Part shown: positions 29,128 through 38,304 of the stretch, piece after piece | How the letters are laid out: each line of letters begins with the position of its first letter | Numbering within the stretch: the stretch's first letter is position 1 | NCBI GenBank assembly: GCA_902770045.1 | Contig: CACXRO010000017.1 | Coordinates: 9,369-73,368 of the forward strand | Source of the DNA: an uncultured bacterium | GTDB lineage: Bacteria; Verrucomicrobiota; Kiritimatiellia; RFP12; UBA1067 | Direction of reading: 5' to 3' | Length of the DNA stretch: 64,000 nucleotides | Notes under the pieces: model-generated | Databases searched by the model: none | What the model was told of the DNA's origin: nothing | What the model saw: the letters and a program-made list of their open reading frames with translations, nothing else | Program-made: the position numbers and the translations under genes

Positions 29128-29906
29128 TTTGCCCCGATTACCGCAATCAGCGCAACTGCCGCGGTGTCGGTGCGGAGGATCCGCGGACCAAGGGAGAAGC
29201 GCCTGAAGCCGTGTGCTTCCAGGAGCTCGACCTCGTTGTCGGTCCAGCCGCCCTCGGGGCCGATGGCCAGGAGCGGACGTGGTTTGGTGCCGGGGTTCAC
29301 ACAGAGGCACAGAGGCACAGAGGTGTTGGGGGCTGAAGAGGGGTGGCTAGCGGGACGTGGTTTGTTAGGTGTGGCGCAGGGATGCGCCACGATTCGGTCG
29401 CTGTTGGGGAAGAGCGCGTCAAGCTCTTCGTCGAGGAAGCGGCGGAAGTTGCGGCGGACCAGCGGCTCGGGCAGGACGGTGGCGCCGCACTGCATCAACC
29501 CCTCGACGAGCAGCGGACGGTAGATCTCCTCCTTGAGCAGGGTGGCGCCCCAGAAGTCCTTCTCCACCTTGCGCGCGCCGACGAGCACGATGCGTCCGAC
29601 GCCGAGCGCGGCGAGCTGCGGCAGAAGCCGCTTCATCACCCGCGGGCGCGGCGGCGCGAGCACGAGGTCGATCCACGGCGCCGGCGCGGGCGTATCGTGG
29701 CAGACGCGCACGGAGACGCGCGGCGCCTCGCCGGGCGCGGAGACGGCGACGATTTCGGAGGTGCCGACGAGTCCGCCGACGACGCCGGTCTTGAGCGGCT
29801 GGCCGATTTCGCCGTGGAGGACTCCGAGGATGTGTTCGGCGCGCACGCCGCCGACGGTGGCGACGCCGTCGACAATCTCGTCAGGCTCGAAGAGGATCCG
29901 GTTCAT
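29124..29906 (-). CDS. rsmE: 16S rRNA m3U1498 methyltransferase
   Basis: IGPEGGW and LGPRILRTDTA SPOUT motifs. Contains a repeat-derived insert at about 29283-29390. Confidence 0.9.
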   Translation of the reverse strand: MNRILFEPDEIVDGVATVGGVRAEHILGVLHGEIGQPLKTGVVGGLVGTSEIVAVSAPGEAPRVSVRVCHDTPAPAPWIDLVLAPPRPRVMKRLLPQLAALGVGRIVLVGARKVEKDFWGATLLKEEIYRPLLVEGLMQCGATVLPEPLVRRNFRRFLDEELDALFPNSDRIVAHPCATPNKPRPASHPSSAPNTSVPLCLCVNPGTKPRPLLAIGPEGGWTDNEVELLEAHGFRRFSLGPRILRTDTAAVALIAVIGAN

Positions 29907-30691
29907 GCAAACGCCCTTTCTGCATTGGCGAAGGTCAACGCCGCGAAGTCGTCCGCCGCCATGCCGCGCCGCGCCGCGAGGAATTCGCAGGTGTGGCGCA
30001 CGAAGGCCGGCTCGTTCACCTTGCCGCGCAGCGGCACCGGCGCGAGAAACGGCGAGTCGGTCTCGATCAGGATGCGGTCGTCGGGCACGACCGCCGCGGC
30101 GGCGCGCACGTTGTCCGCCAGCCTGAAGGTGACGATGCCCGAGAAGGAAATGTAGAAGCCGAGGTCGAGGAACTCCTTCGCCGCCTCGGGCGTGCCGGTG
30201 TAGCAGTGGATCACGCCGCGGGACGGAACCTCGCGCAGCAGCGCGAGCGTGTCGTCGTCCGCCTCGCGGGTATGGATGATCACCGGCAGACTGCGCTTTG
30301 CCGCCTCCTCGAGCTGCGCGGCGAAGAGCCTGCGCTGCGCTTCGCGCGTCTCGGGCGAGTAGTGGTAGTCGAGTCCGATCTCGCCTATTGCTCGTGGGGG
30401 GTGTTCGGGATTCACACAGAGGCACAGAGAAACAGAGGAGTGTTTTTGAGATTGTGGATGGCCGGGGGAGTTGACCTGATCTCGATCAAAGCCAGTGGCG
30501 AAGCAGACCTTCGGCATGCCTTCGCCGGACGCGGCGACCTCCGCCGCCAGCTCCGCCGCGGCGTTGAGCGCCGGGCTCCCGCCGACCGCCATCACCGCCT
30601 CGACGCCCGCCGCGCGTGCGCGCGACAGGATGGCGGCGATCTCCACCGGGGACGCCGTCTCGAAATGGCAGTGGGTGTCGTAGAGCCTCAT
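29903..30691 (-). CDS. tatD: TatD-family hydrolase
   Basis: DTHCH, IGEIGLDYHY, IIHTREA, IHCYTG, IETDSPFLAP. Repeat-derived insert at about 30385-30475. Confidence 0.93.
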   Translation of the reverse strand: MRLYDTHCHFETASPVEIAAILSRARAAGVEAVMAVGGSPALNAAAELAAEVAASGEGMPKVCFATGFDRDQVNSPGHPQSQKHSSVSLCLCVNPEHPPRAIGEIGLDYHYSPETREAQRRLFAAQLEEAAKRSLPVIIHTREADDDTLALLREVPSRGVIHCYTGTPEAAKEFLDLGFYISFSGIVTFRLADNVRAAAAVVPDDRILIETDSPFLAPVPLRGKVNEPAFVRHTCEFLAARRGMAADDFAALTFANAERAFA

Positions 30692-32274
30692 CGCTCGAGG
30701 AATCTCCCGGCGTTGCGGCGCCCGGCTGCGCCCAGCGTGGCGACCGCGCCGTTGACGAGGACATGCCGCATCCCCTCGGCGAAGCGGTGCGGCTCGGTGT
30801 AGGTGGCGGGGGAGCGGAACTCCGACTCGCTCCAGACCGCGATGTCCGCGAAAGCGCCGCGCTCGATTGTCCCGCGCCCCCGGATCCCGAACCGCCGCGC
30901 CGGCACCGATGTCATGCGCGCTACCGCCGCCTCGCGCGTCACCCCGAGCGCCCGCAGCCGGCGGTAGAACTCCGGCATGGTGCCGTAGGCTCGCGGGTGC
31001 GGATGGTCGGCGCCGAGCGGACCCCACGGCGCGCGCAGCGACGCGTCCGAGCCGGGGACGATCCAGTCTCGCGAGAGGATCTTGTCGAGGTTCTCCTCGC
31101 TCATCCCGAAGAAGAACGCGCCGGTGCGGCACCGGTCAAGCTCGAGGATGCGGCAGATTAGTTCACCGGGGGAAATTGCCGAGGATTTGTTTTTTTGCCA
31201 CAAAGGACACAAAGGGTCGCAAAGTTCCGCAACCGTTTTGCCGCAGAGCGTCTTGGTCTCGGGATGCCAGGCGCCGCCGATCATCACCTGCGACCAGTCG
31301 CGCGGCGAGGCGTTCAGTTCCGCCACGATGCGCGCACGCGCCTCCGGGTCCGCGAGCCGCGCCATCTCCGCCGGAGCCGCGCCTTCCTGCGCCCAGTCCG
31401 GGAGCACGATGTCGAGGTCAGTCCCCGCGGCGCAGAACGGGTAGCGGTCGGAGCCGAGGAGGAGTCCGTCCGCGACGGCGCGGTCGATGCGCCCGAGGAC
31501 CGCGTCGATCTTGTGCCAGTTGCGCTCGCCGCTCGTCTTGAGATGCGAGATCTCCGCGCGGATGCCGGTCGCCCTGACGAGGTCGAGGACTTCGTCGATC
31601 GCCTCGAGAATCGCGTCGCCCTCGGAGCGCATGTGCGTCGCGTAGAAGCCTCCCTTCGCCGCCGCCGCCTTCGCGAGCGCGACGACCTCCTCGTTCGTCG
31701 AGTAGCGCCCGGGCTGGTAGATAAGCCCGGTGGTGAGCCCCCACGCGCCCGCGTCCAGCGATTCCTCCAGAAGCCGCTGCATCCGCTTGAGCTCGTCCGG
31801 CTCCGCAGGCCGCGCGGCATATCCCATCGCCGACGAGCGCAGCGTGTTGTGTCCCACGAACACGGCGGTGTTGATGGCGGGCTTGGCGGACTCCACCGCC
31901 GCGCGGTACTCGGCAAAGGACCGCCAGGTGAGCCGTTCGCCGAGGAGCGACGCCCAGTCGGAGGAGAGCCTCGCCTCGCCGTAGCGCGGCGCGGCGCTGC
32001 CGCCGCACTGTCCGTTGATCTCGGTGGTGACGCCCTGCGCAAGCTTAGAGGGCGCGTCGGGCTCGAGGACCAGGTACGCGTCCGAATGTGCGTGCGAGTC
32101 GATGAACCCTGGAGTGACCAGACACCCGCTCGCATCGACCACCTCGGCGCCGCCCTTGTTCCCCACGCCGCCGCGCACGACGTCGGCGATACGGTCGCCT
32201 TCAACTACCACATCGCCCGGGAAGGACTCCATCCCGGTGCCGTCGACTATCGTTCCGTTGGCTATGATGATCAT
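30688..32274 (-). CDS. N-acyl-D-amino-acid deacylase (D-aminoacylase, amidohydrolase 3)
   Basis: PGFIDSHAHSD, QGVTTEINGQCG, THMRSEG, SHLK, HPRAYGTMP. Confidence 0.9.
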   Translation of the reverse strand: MIIIANGTIVDGTGMESFPGDVVVEGDRIADVVRGGVGNKGGAEVVDASGCLVTPGFIDSHAHSDAYLVLEPDAPSKLAQGVTTEINGQCGGSAAPRYGEARLSSDWASLLGERLTWRSFAEYRAAVESAKPAINTAVFVGHNTLRSSAMGYAARPAEPDELKRMQRLLEESLDAGAWGLTTGLIYQPGRYSTNEEVVALAKAAAAKGGFYATHMRSEGDAILEAIDEVLDLVRATGIRAEISHLKTSGERNWHKIDAVLGRIDRAVADGLLLGSDRYPFCAAGTDLDIVLPDWAQEGAAPAEMARLADPEARARIVAELNASPRDWSQVMIGGAWHPETKTLCGKTVAELCDPLCPLWQKNKSSAISPGELICRILELDRCRTGAFFFGMSEENLDKILSRDWIVPGSDASLRAPWGPLGADHPHPRAYGTMPEFYRRLRALGVTREAAVARMTSVPARRFGIRGRGTIERGAFADIAVWSESEFRSPATYTEPHRFAEGMRHVLVNGAVATLGAAGRRNAGRFLER

Positions 32275-32520
32275 TTTCGTGGTTCGTGGTTTGAGATTTG
32301 GACAGGATTTACAGGATTAACAGGATTGGAGGCTGGGGTGTTGGCTCGGGCGGCGTCGATTTTCGCTATGAGCTCATTCGCCCACGCGACTGCGTCGTCA
32401 ACCGACGAGAGCACCAACGACGACATTCGCCATTGCCCGCGACAACCGCACGGGATCGCCGCTCCGGTCGATCTGGTTTATGGCCTTGATGAGGTTGACA
32501 CAGGTGTTCGGACGCTTCAT
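32271..32520 (-). pseudogene. Internally deleted AbiEii-like toxin remnant
   Basis: ATG 2 nt after the AbiEi stop gives MKRPNTCVNLIKAI...RAMANVVVG and stops after 40 codons. An adjacent frame gives VDDAVAWANELIAKIDAA, a C-terminus-like segment. Confidence 0.6.
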
Positions 32521-32522
32521 CT

Positions 32523-33047
32523 TCAGAACTCTTTATTGAGCATTTCCACCTCGCTGCTGCGGAGCAGACCCTTGCGTGTCGCGTCGCCTATCGCGGCGCG
32601 CAGACGTTCCGTCATCAGCTTTTCTCGACATTCAAGGATGACCTTGGCGAGGTTCTGACATCTTATCCCCTCGAAAACGTCCACTTCGCCCCCACTTGGC
32701 ATCTTCACCAGTTCAATCCATTTCGGCAACGCCCTGCGGACTCTGCGTTCTGCTGCGACCCGAACGCGCAGCGGGTTAACCATCGCCAGATTGTGCATGG
32801 CAAGAACGCTTTCCCCCCAAAGCGCAGCGTCTTTCCCCACTATCGCAACCGCTTCGGCATATCGATTGTACTCAGTGGGCAGATAATGCTCAATTCGATA
32901 GACCCCGCGCCCAAGTCTGGTCAAGCGGCCGAGCTTCACCCATTCAGCAAGGTCCTTCCGCCGAATTCCCAATGCCTCCGCCTCGGCGGTCGTGACAAGG
33001 CCGTAGTTTCCTATCGCCAGTTCACAAAGTTTATCGTATAGTCGCAT
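32523..33047 (-). CDS. Type IV TA system AbiEi-family antitoxin
   Basis: YGLVTTAEA...G...RLGRGVYR N-terminal winged-helix signature. Confidence 0.85.
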   Translation of the reverse strand: MRLYDKLCELAIGNYGLVTTAEAEALGIRRKDLAEWVKLGRLTRLGRGVYRIEHYLPTEYNRYAEAVAIVGKDAALWGESVLAMHNLAMVNPLRVRVAAERRVRRALPKWIELVKMPSGGEVDVFEGIRCQNLAKVILECREKLMTERLRAAIGDATRKGLLRSSEVEMLNKEF

Positions 33048-33124
33048 GTCATTTTGTCCCCTTTGAAGGGTACATTTTGTCCTGATGCCGCGTAGTATAC
33101 CATATTTTGGCAGGAATTATCAAC

Positions 33125-33172
33125 TGCAATTGTCAAAAGGTTCCCTACAAAGGGAACCTTTTGACAATTGCA
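33125..33172. promoter_or_regulatory. 22-bp perfect inverted repeat just upstream of the abiE promoter
   Basis: TGCAATTGTCAAAAGGTTCCCT-ACAA-AGGGAACCTTTTGACAATTGCA. The minus-strand TTGATA-18-TATACT promoter lies at 33094-33123. Confidence 0.7.
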
Positions 33173-33508
33173 AATTGCCGCGTTATTTGCCGCGCAATCT
33201 GCCGCGGAGGTCAGGCGGCATTGTCAGCGGCTTACACATTCAGCCTGTAACGCCAATAGCCAGGTTCGTGTTTGTTGTAGTAGTCTATTGCCGCAAGAAA
33301 CCCCTCGCGGGTCTCTGGATGCATCGAGCTCTTCATGTAGTCGCCCGCGCGTATGCCTCGGACAGCACTTCGGATGACGGGACGGGATGGGCTTCACCAT
33401 AGGGACATTATACAAATGGGGAATTATCGCCGCAATCGCCGCAATGAGATCACGGTGCTGACGAAATCCAGTCTGCACTTGCCAACGTCTAAAGACAAGC
33501 ATATGCAG

Positions 33509-34579
33509 TTATGGTTCTGGCCAACGCACTCCAATCGGTTCGTAATCCATGCGTAGTGGCTTTGTGCAAAGGTTGTTCTTCATGTCCCATTCAAGATTGC
33601 GGTCAAGTGATGTTGGGTTCAGATAATACAGGAAACTCGCGCCATTGAAACCGCTTTTGTCCGTCCCCCTGAATCTGAAATCGCCGTATATCTTGCCATA
33701 ATACGCTTCAATAAGGTTACCCCTGTCGTCGTATCTTGACCTAACACGAAAGCAGTAGCAGCAATCATCGTTGCTTTCCGTATAGTACTCAGGATATATT
33801 ACAGGCCCTGATGTATTCTTCTTTCGTCGTCCAAATTGCATGACCTTTTCGGAAACATAGCCCGACTCTGGCGCAGTCCTGACTCTTATGCCACAGTTGG
33901 AACCTCTGACAGACTTTTCGACAAGGCCATTCCCCTTGCCAGGAAACTCAATCGCTGAAATGAAATCGTAGAATGTTGTCTTGTGACTTCTCCATATGTT
34001 CAATGCTTCGCCGACTTCCAGTTTCGTTGTGATCGTCATATCCGAATATTTACCTACTCCGTGTGGAGGCAGCCAATCACCTTCCAGAAAATCAAACTTC
34101 AACACGGCGTTGGTTCCGTCGAATCCTCCAACACTTTCGCGTCGGCCGTCCAATATGACACGATTGACATATAACGGAATGGGATGCGCCACGCGTTGAA
34201 GGGCTACCGTGACGACAACATCCTCTGGTTGCCAGATTCTCAACAACGATCTTCTTGTATATTTCGTTCTTCCGCCATGTGCCGCTTCGTAATAACCTTT
34301 GGGTGCCTTATCAACCCAAATACTACTTCTGCCACAGTTTGTCTTTCCTGAAAGCCGACAAAAACCTTGCTTGTCCGTGAATCCCTCTGCTATGTCTGGA
34401 TTAGCTGATTCAGACCAAGCACGCCATCCAATGTCATCTTCAAAGTTTGCAACTATCTTTGCATCCGGCAAAGGAACATGGTTAACTGCATCCTCGACAT
34501 AGATACTCAGATATGCTCTGTCGGCTCTTGCAAGGTAACATGCTAACACTACGTTGAACACTAGCATTGTCTTTTTCAC
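33509..34579 (-). CDS. Secreted protein with carboxypeptidase-regulatory-like N-terminal fold (paralog 1)
   Basis: GTG start with RBS and signal peptide. FDFLEGDWLPPHGVGKYSD and YYGKIYGDF motifs shared with 34958..35941. Confidence 0.65.
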   Translation of the reverse strand: MKKTMLVFNVVLACYLARADRAYLSIYVEDAVNHVPLPDAKIVANFEDDIGWRAWSESANPDIAEGFTDKQGFCRLSGKTNCGRSSIWVDKAPKGYYEAAHGGRTKYTRRSLLRIWQPEDVVVTVALQRVAHPIPLYVNRVILDGRRESVGGFDGTNAVLKFDFLEGDWLPPHGVGKYSDMTITTKLEVGEALNIWRSHKTTFYDFISAIEFPGKGNGLVEKSVRGSNCGIRVRTAPESGYVSEKVMQFGRRKKNTSGPVIYPEYYTESNDDCCYCFRVRSRYDDRGNLIEAYYGKIYGDFRFRGTDKSGFNGASFLYYLNPTSLDRNLEWDMKNNLCTKPLRMDYEPIGVRWPEP

Positions 34580-34821
34580 TGGCTTTCTCCCGCTACGATT
34601 TTGTGGAATATGAAATTGACATAAAAGAAGGCTACATTGCAAATGTCAGAATGATGCCATTGACGACGTCGCTGGACAATTCGCTCTGAAGGCCAGTATG
34701 ACAATCCGTCGGGGGAAAGCTCTATGTTTCCATCAAGTACATTCACAATCGGATTTCTCCCCGCCGCGAAACTTGCCGCGGAGATTGCGTTGCGTAACTT
34801 CGCCTTGAGCGTGGCGCGGCA

Positions 34822-34875
34822 TCAAAGGTATTTGGCGGTGAAGGACTCTTTGCAGGCGCGGACCTGGTCGATCGG
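34822..34875 (-). repeat. Exact 54-bp copy of the uvrA 3' end including the stop codon
   Basis: Identical to 43283..43336. Confidence 0.95.
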
Positions 34876-34951
34876 AACTGCGAGGGAACGCCTCGGCGAG
34901 CATTTCAAATGCCAAAGACGCCAACAATAACAGACAACCAAGAGTTTTCAT
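34876..34951 (-). pseudogene. Signal-peptide stub of a truncated secreted-protein gene
   Basis: MKTLGCLLLLASLAFEMLAEAFPRS breaks off directly into the uvrA 3' copy. Confidence 0.55.
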
Positions 34952-34957
34952 GCAAAG

Positions 34958-35941
34958 TTACTGCTTTTTGTTTAGATTGCGAAGAACAGCACGTAGAGAA
35001 GTGCCGTCTTCAATATTGATATTGTTTTCAATCGGATTAAAACACCCATCGCTCAAGATCATGAACTCGGTATCGGACATCCATCGTCCAAGTATTTTCC
35101 CATAATGTGCTCCTGTTAAATGGCCTTGTTCGTCCACACGTGTACGCGTGCGAAACACTAAATACGAGTCGCTGTCAAGAAAATCCCAGTGTCTCGGCTG
35201 ACCAGGACTTTGTTCGCTCACAAAGGAAAATGATGTTCGATATGTTGCATTTGAATTGGCTTCATATTCCGTTGTCAATCTCGAGGACTTGTCCTCTTTC
35301 ATCAGATATGCACCGGCATAAGGATTATTCGTAAAAGATACATCCATAACATATCTGTAATCATGCATGCCTCTTTCTTCCGAAGAAAACCTTAGCAGCA
35401 CATCACAATTGCGTCCTTTCCCATATGGATAAGCCCAGTCGGCATATTCAAAGTCAAACCCAATCCATTTGTTAAATTCCGGGATGCGGCAACTGCGTAG
35501 CGAATCAGGGAATGCGCTAAGTTCTCCTGGATTTCGTATTTCTTTAAGTACTACAGTTCGTTTTTCTCCATAAGGCAACCATTTCCCATCGGCTATCTGT
35601 GGCATAGCTTCTTTGATAGGATACGATATGGAGAACTCAGACGGATAGTATCCGCGTTTCCTAATGCCGCATCTAAGTCTGTGCGTACACTTCCCAATAA
35701 CAACGTAGTCACCGTTCGTGTTGGTCGCGCCTTCTATCGAAGAAAAGTCGTTTAAACTATCGCCCGTTTGCATTCCGCCACGCAACCTGGCCTGCGGAAC
35801 AGGATTCCCATTGGAATCCACAACATGCAAACAGATATTCACCTTTGCCCCATTACGGGTCGCGTTGTAAAGTGTCAAATCCGGCTGTGCCGAAATCGCC
35901 ATCAACGGAATGACGGCAAAGATGCGAAACGCTGTTTTCAT
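34958..35941 (-). CDS. Secreted protein with carboxypeptidase-regulatory-like N-terminal fold (paralog 2)
   Basis: RBS AGGAGA, signal peptide; GFDFEYADWAYPYGKGRNCD, FRTRTRVDEQG, HYGKILG. Confidence 0.65.
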   Translation of the reverse strand: MKTAFRIFAVIPLMAISAQPDLTLYNATRNGAKVNICLHVVDSNGNPVPQARLRGGMQTGDSLNDFSSIEGATNTNGDYVVIGKCTHRLRCGIRKRGYYPSEFSISYPIKEAMPQIADGKWLPYGEKRTVVLKEIRNPGELSAFPDSLRSCRIPEFNKWIGFDFEYADWAYPYGKGRNCDVLLRFSSEERGMHDYRYVMDVSFTNNPYAGAYLMKEDKSSRLTTEYEANSNATYRTSFSFVSEQSPGQPRHWDFLDSDSYLVFRTRTRVDEQGHLTGAHYGKILGRWMSDTEFMILSDGCFNPIENNINIEDGTSLRAVLRNLNKKQ

Positions 35942-36028
35942 TGCATGTCTCCTCTTGTTACGAGTTGTTCGTAAAGTTTGTACACATAGAAATACGCCAT
36001 GTCTTTCATGTCGGAATGAAGCCACGAC

Positions 36029-36754
36029 TCAATGACCATCGCCTCCACGATTCCCTTTTGACGCCCTCTTCCTGCCTTCCTCTACCGAAGTGCCTTTTGC
36101 GTTCACACGCAGCGCAGCATCCTCCATGCCTGAACCGGGCGGAAGGCTGCTAGCCTCCCGAAGAAGCGTGTCAAACGCAACTGCGACACCGTATAAACCC
36201 AGCTCTCTGCATCCTGCAGCATTTTCGGGGGATCCAAACAGCGACAACGCCTTTCCGTTTCTGGCGAAGAGAATTAAATCACTACCAATCATATCCGCCT
36301 CGATCAGCTCCGTCCTGCCGCCGCCAACCCGGGCTATGCAAAATTCACCGACAAGGTTTGTTGATACGCCAAGTCTGCCAAGCATGAAATCCTGCGGCAT
36401 TGAAGTGGTGAAGTGTTGCCGTAACATGGCATTCGCCGACTCACCAGGCAAAGACGACTCCCACAGGATTCCACTAACAATACGCTTCCCGCTTCTTGTG
36501 CATACGGTAAACTCGGTGACGCTGGAGTACTTATTCTCTTCAGTGCGCAACTCAGACACATCATAGTCAAACAGCAGAAATCTCTGCTGTTTATGAGTGA
36601 ACATGGGGCTTCCCTTGCGAAATGCTTCATTGTTGCGCAAAGCAAAATGGTCGACCGTCTTTTCGCGACAAACATCAAACGGATCTATAGTTTTGTCATT
36701 GGCAAAGAGAACCGCGCTGACGGCCAGAATCGTGAACATTGGCGTGAATCTCAT
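36029..36754 (-). CDS. Secreted hypothetical protein (partner or immunity candidate of the upstream effector)
   Basis: Signal peptide MRFTPMFTILAVSAVLFA; RBS AGGAGGG; follows the 36770 ORF by 15 bp. Confidence 0.6.
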   Translation of the reverse strand: MRFTPMFTILAVSAVLFANDKTIDPFDVCREKTVDHFALRNNEAFRKGSPMFTHKQQRFLLFDYDVSELRTEENKYSSVTEFTVCTRSGKRIVSGILWESSLPGESANAMLRQHFTTSMPQDFMLGRLGVSTNLVGEFCIARVGGGRTELIEADMIGSDLILFARNGKALSLFGSPENAAGCRELGLYGVAVAFDTLLREASSLPPGSGMEDAALRVNAKGTSVEEGRKRASKGNRGGDGH

Positions 36755-36769
36755 TAATTTCCCTCCTGT

Positions 36770-38281
36770 TTATTTGACAACCTGGACAGAAGTTGTGTAA
36801 ATATTGCTTATTGTCCCGGCAGCATTTGCTTCGCTTGTCGTCGAGACATCAATGGCAACAGACACATATCCCACCTCGTCTAGAGAGCCAAGCTGCGGTC
36901 CAGCACAGGCATCAAACACCTTTCCGCTCAACGAGACAAACATATGATTCAGAAATCTAGAGCGTTCCGGCTCCACAAGGTCAACACCTGTAAGTTTCTC
37001 GTTGTTGTATAAAGGGTAAAAGGGATTATTGCACATTCCCTCTCCAACGAGATTCAAAGGATTAATGTAACCAAATGGCATCATAAATCGACAATGCGCA
37101 TTCACCCCAAACAAACGGGCGAGCGTAGCTACTCCGCCCGCCTGATCATAGCAGTTGACAACATTTCCACTTGTGTTGTGCTTCAAAGATGACTTGTTCA
37201 TGTACTCCGTCAACCTGAACTCAATTACGCCCGCAGTGCTCGACATATATTTCGGGCGCCCGGCCCCTGCAATTGCATTCGTCGCAACACCGATGTCGTA
37301 CGTCAGCCCGTGCCCGCTGTGCAGATATGTCGTAATCGCCGCGAGCGCAGCCTTGTCCGTGTTTTTCCCCTGAGCGCCCGCCTTGACGATCGCGAACTCC
37401 AGCGCGTTCGTCCATGCGTTCTTCTGATTGCCGTAGTCGTTGGCCCAAGGCGGCTTGGGCTCGCCGAGTATCGTGTAGACGAGATGCGGGCCCGAGTCGT
37501 TCATCTTGCAGCCAGACTGGCCATTGACACTGTCCGCCGACCAATTCAAAACTCCCCCGCCGCTTCGGTCTATGCAGCCGAGCGTCCTGCTCGACATCGC
37601 GAACTCAACATATTCCGGCGACGAAACTCCCCCCGAAAACGCGATGTTTGTCGGCAGAAGGCTGGAAAGCGAACCGCCTGCCCCGGCACATGTCGCCCGT
37701 ATCACTGCAGAAGTTATGAAGCCAGACGCCTCGAACCTCGCCTTCACGGTCGCCGCGCGGTTTGTCGTGTAGCAGAACGGTTCGTTCGTCACAACACCGC
37801 CGTCCTCAAACCACTCACCGTTCGAGACGTCAATCTTACCGGCTGAATCCTCGAAACAGCGCCTTATGTTGATGGCATCGTGGTTGGAAGACGAAGTGTC
37901 GTGGTTGAACTTGATGTTCGTCACGCGGAGCTTAACGCTGGTAAACTTTGCGACATCGACCGCTCCGCTTGATTCGTGCTCGGCCTTGATTTCCCGGTCG
38001 CGAAGCCCGCCGGACTGGCCGTTGATTTCGGTGGTGATGCCCTGCGAAAGTTTCGAAGGCGCATCCGGCTCGAGCACGAGGTAGGCATCGGAGTGGGCGT
38101 GGGCGTCGACAAAGCCGGGGGTGACGAGACAACCCGAAGCGTCGACTACTTGAGCATCGCCCTTCGCGGCAATGCCGCCGGGAACGATGTCGGCGATGCG
38201 GTCGCCCTCGACGGCGACGTCGCCCGGGAAGGCCGGTCTTCCCGTGCCGTCAATGATGGTTCCGTTGGCGATTATGGTCAT
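36770..38281 (-). pseudogene. Chimeric ORF: 92-aa D-aminoacylase N-terminal relic fused in frame to a ~410-aa transglutaminase-like C-terminal module
   Basis: Codons 1-92 (38006..38281) are 74/92 identical to the 30688..32274 protein. The remainder has NCYDQA, FLNHMFV and FDAC (Cys-His-Asp). Confidence 0.75.
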
Positions 38282-38304
38282 TGTTTTCCCAGAACCCCCA
38301 AGTC

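Noticed and set aside
33224-33502. 92-aa minus-strand ORF
   Set aside because: Protein-like text seems split across frames (e.g. ...FLAAIDYYNKHEPGYWRYRLNV*). Probably a decayed fragment that I cannot assign.
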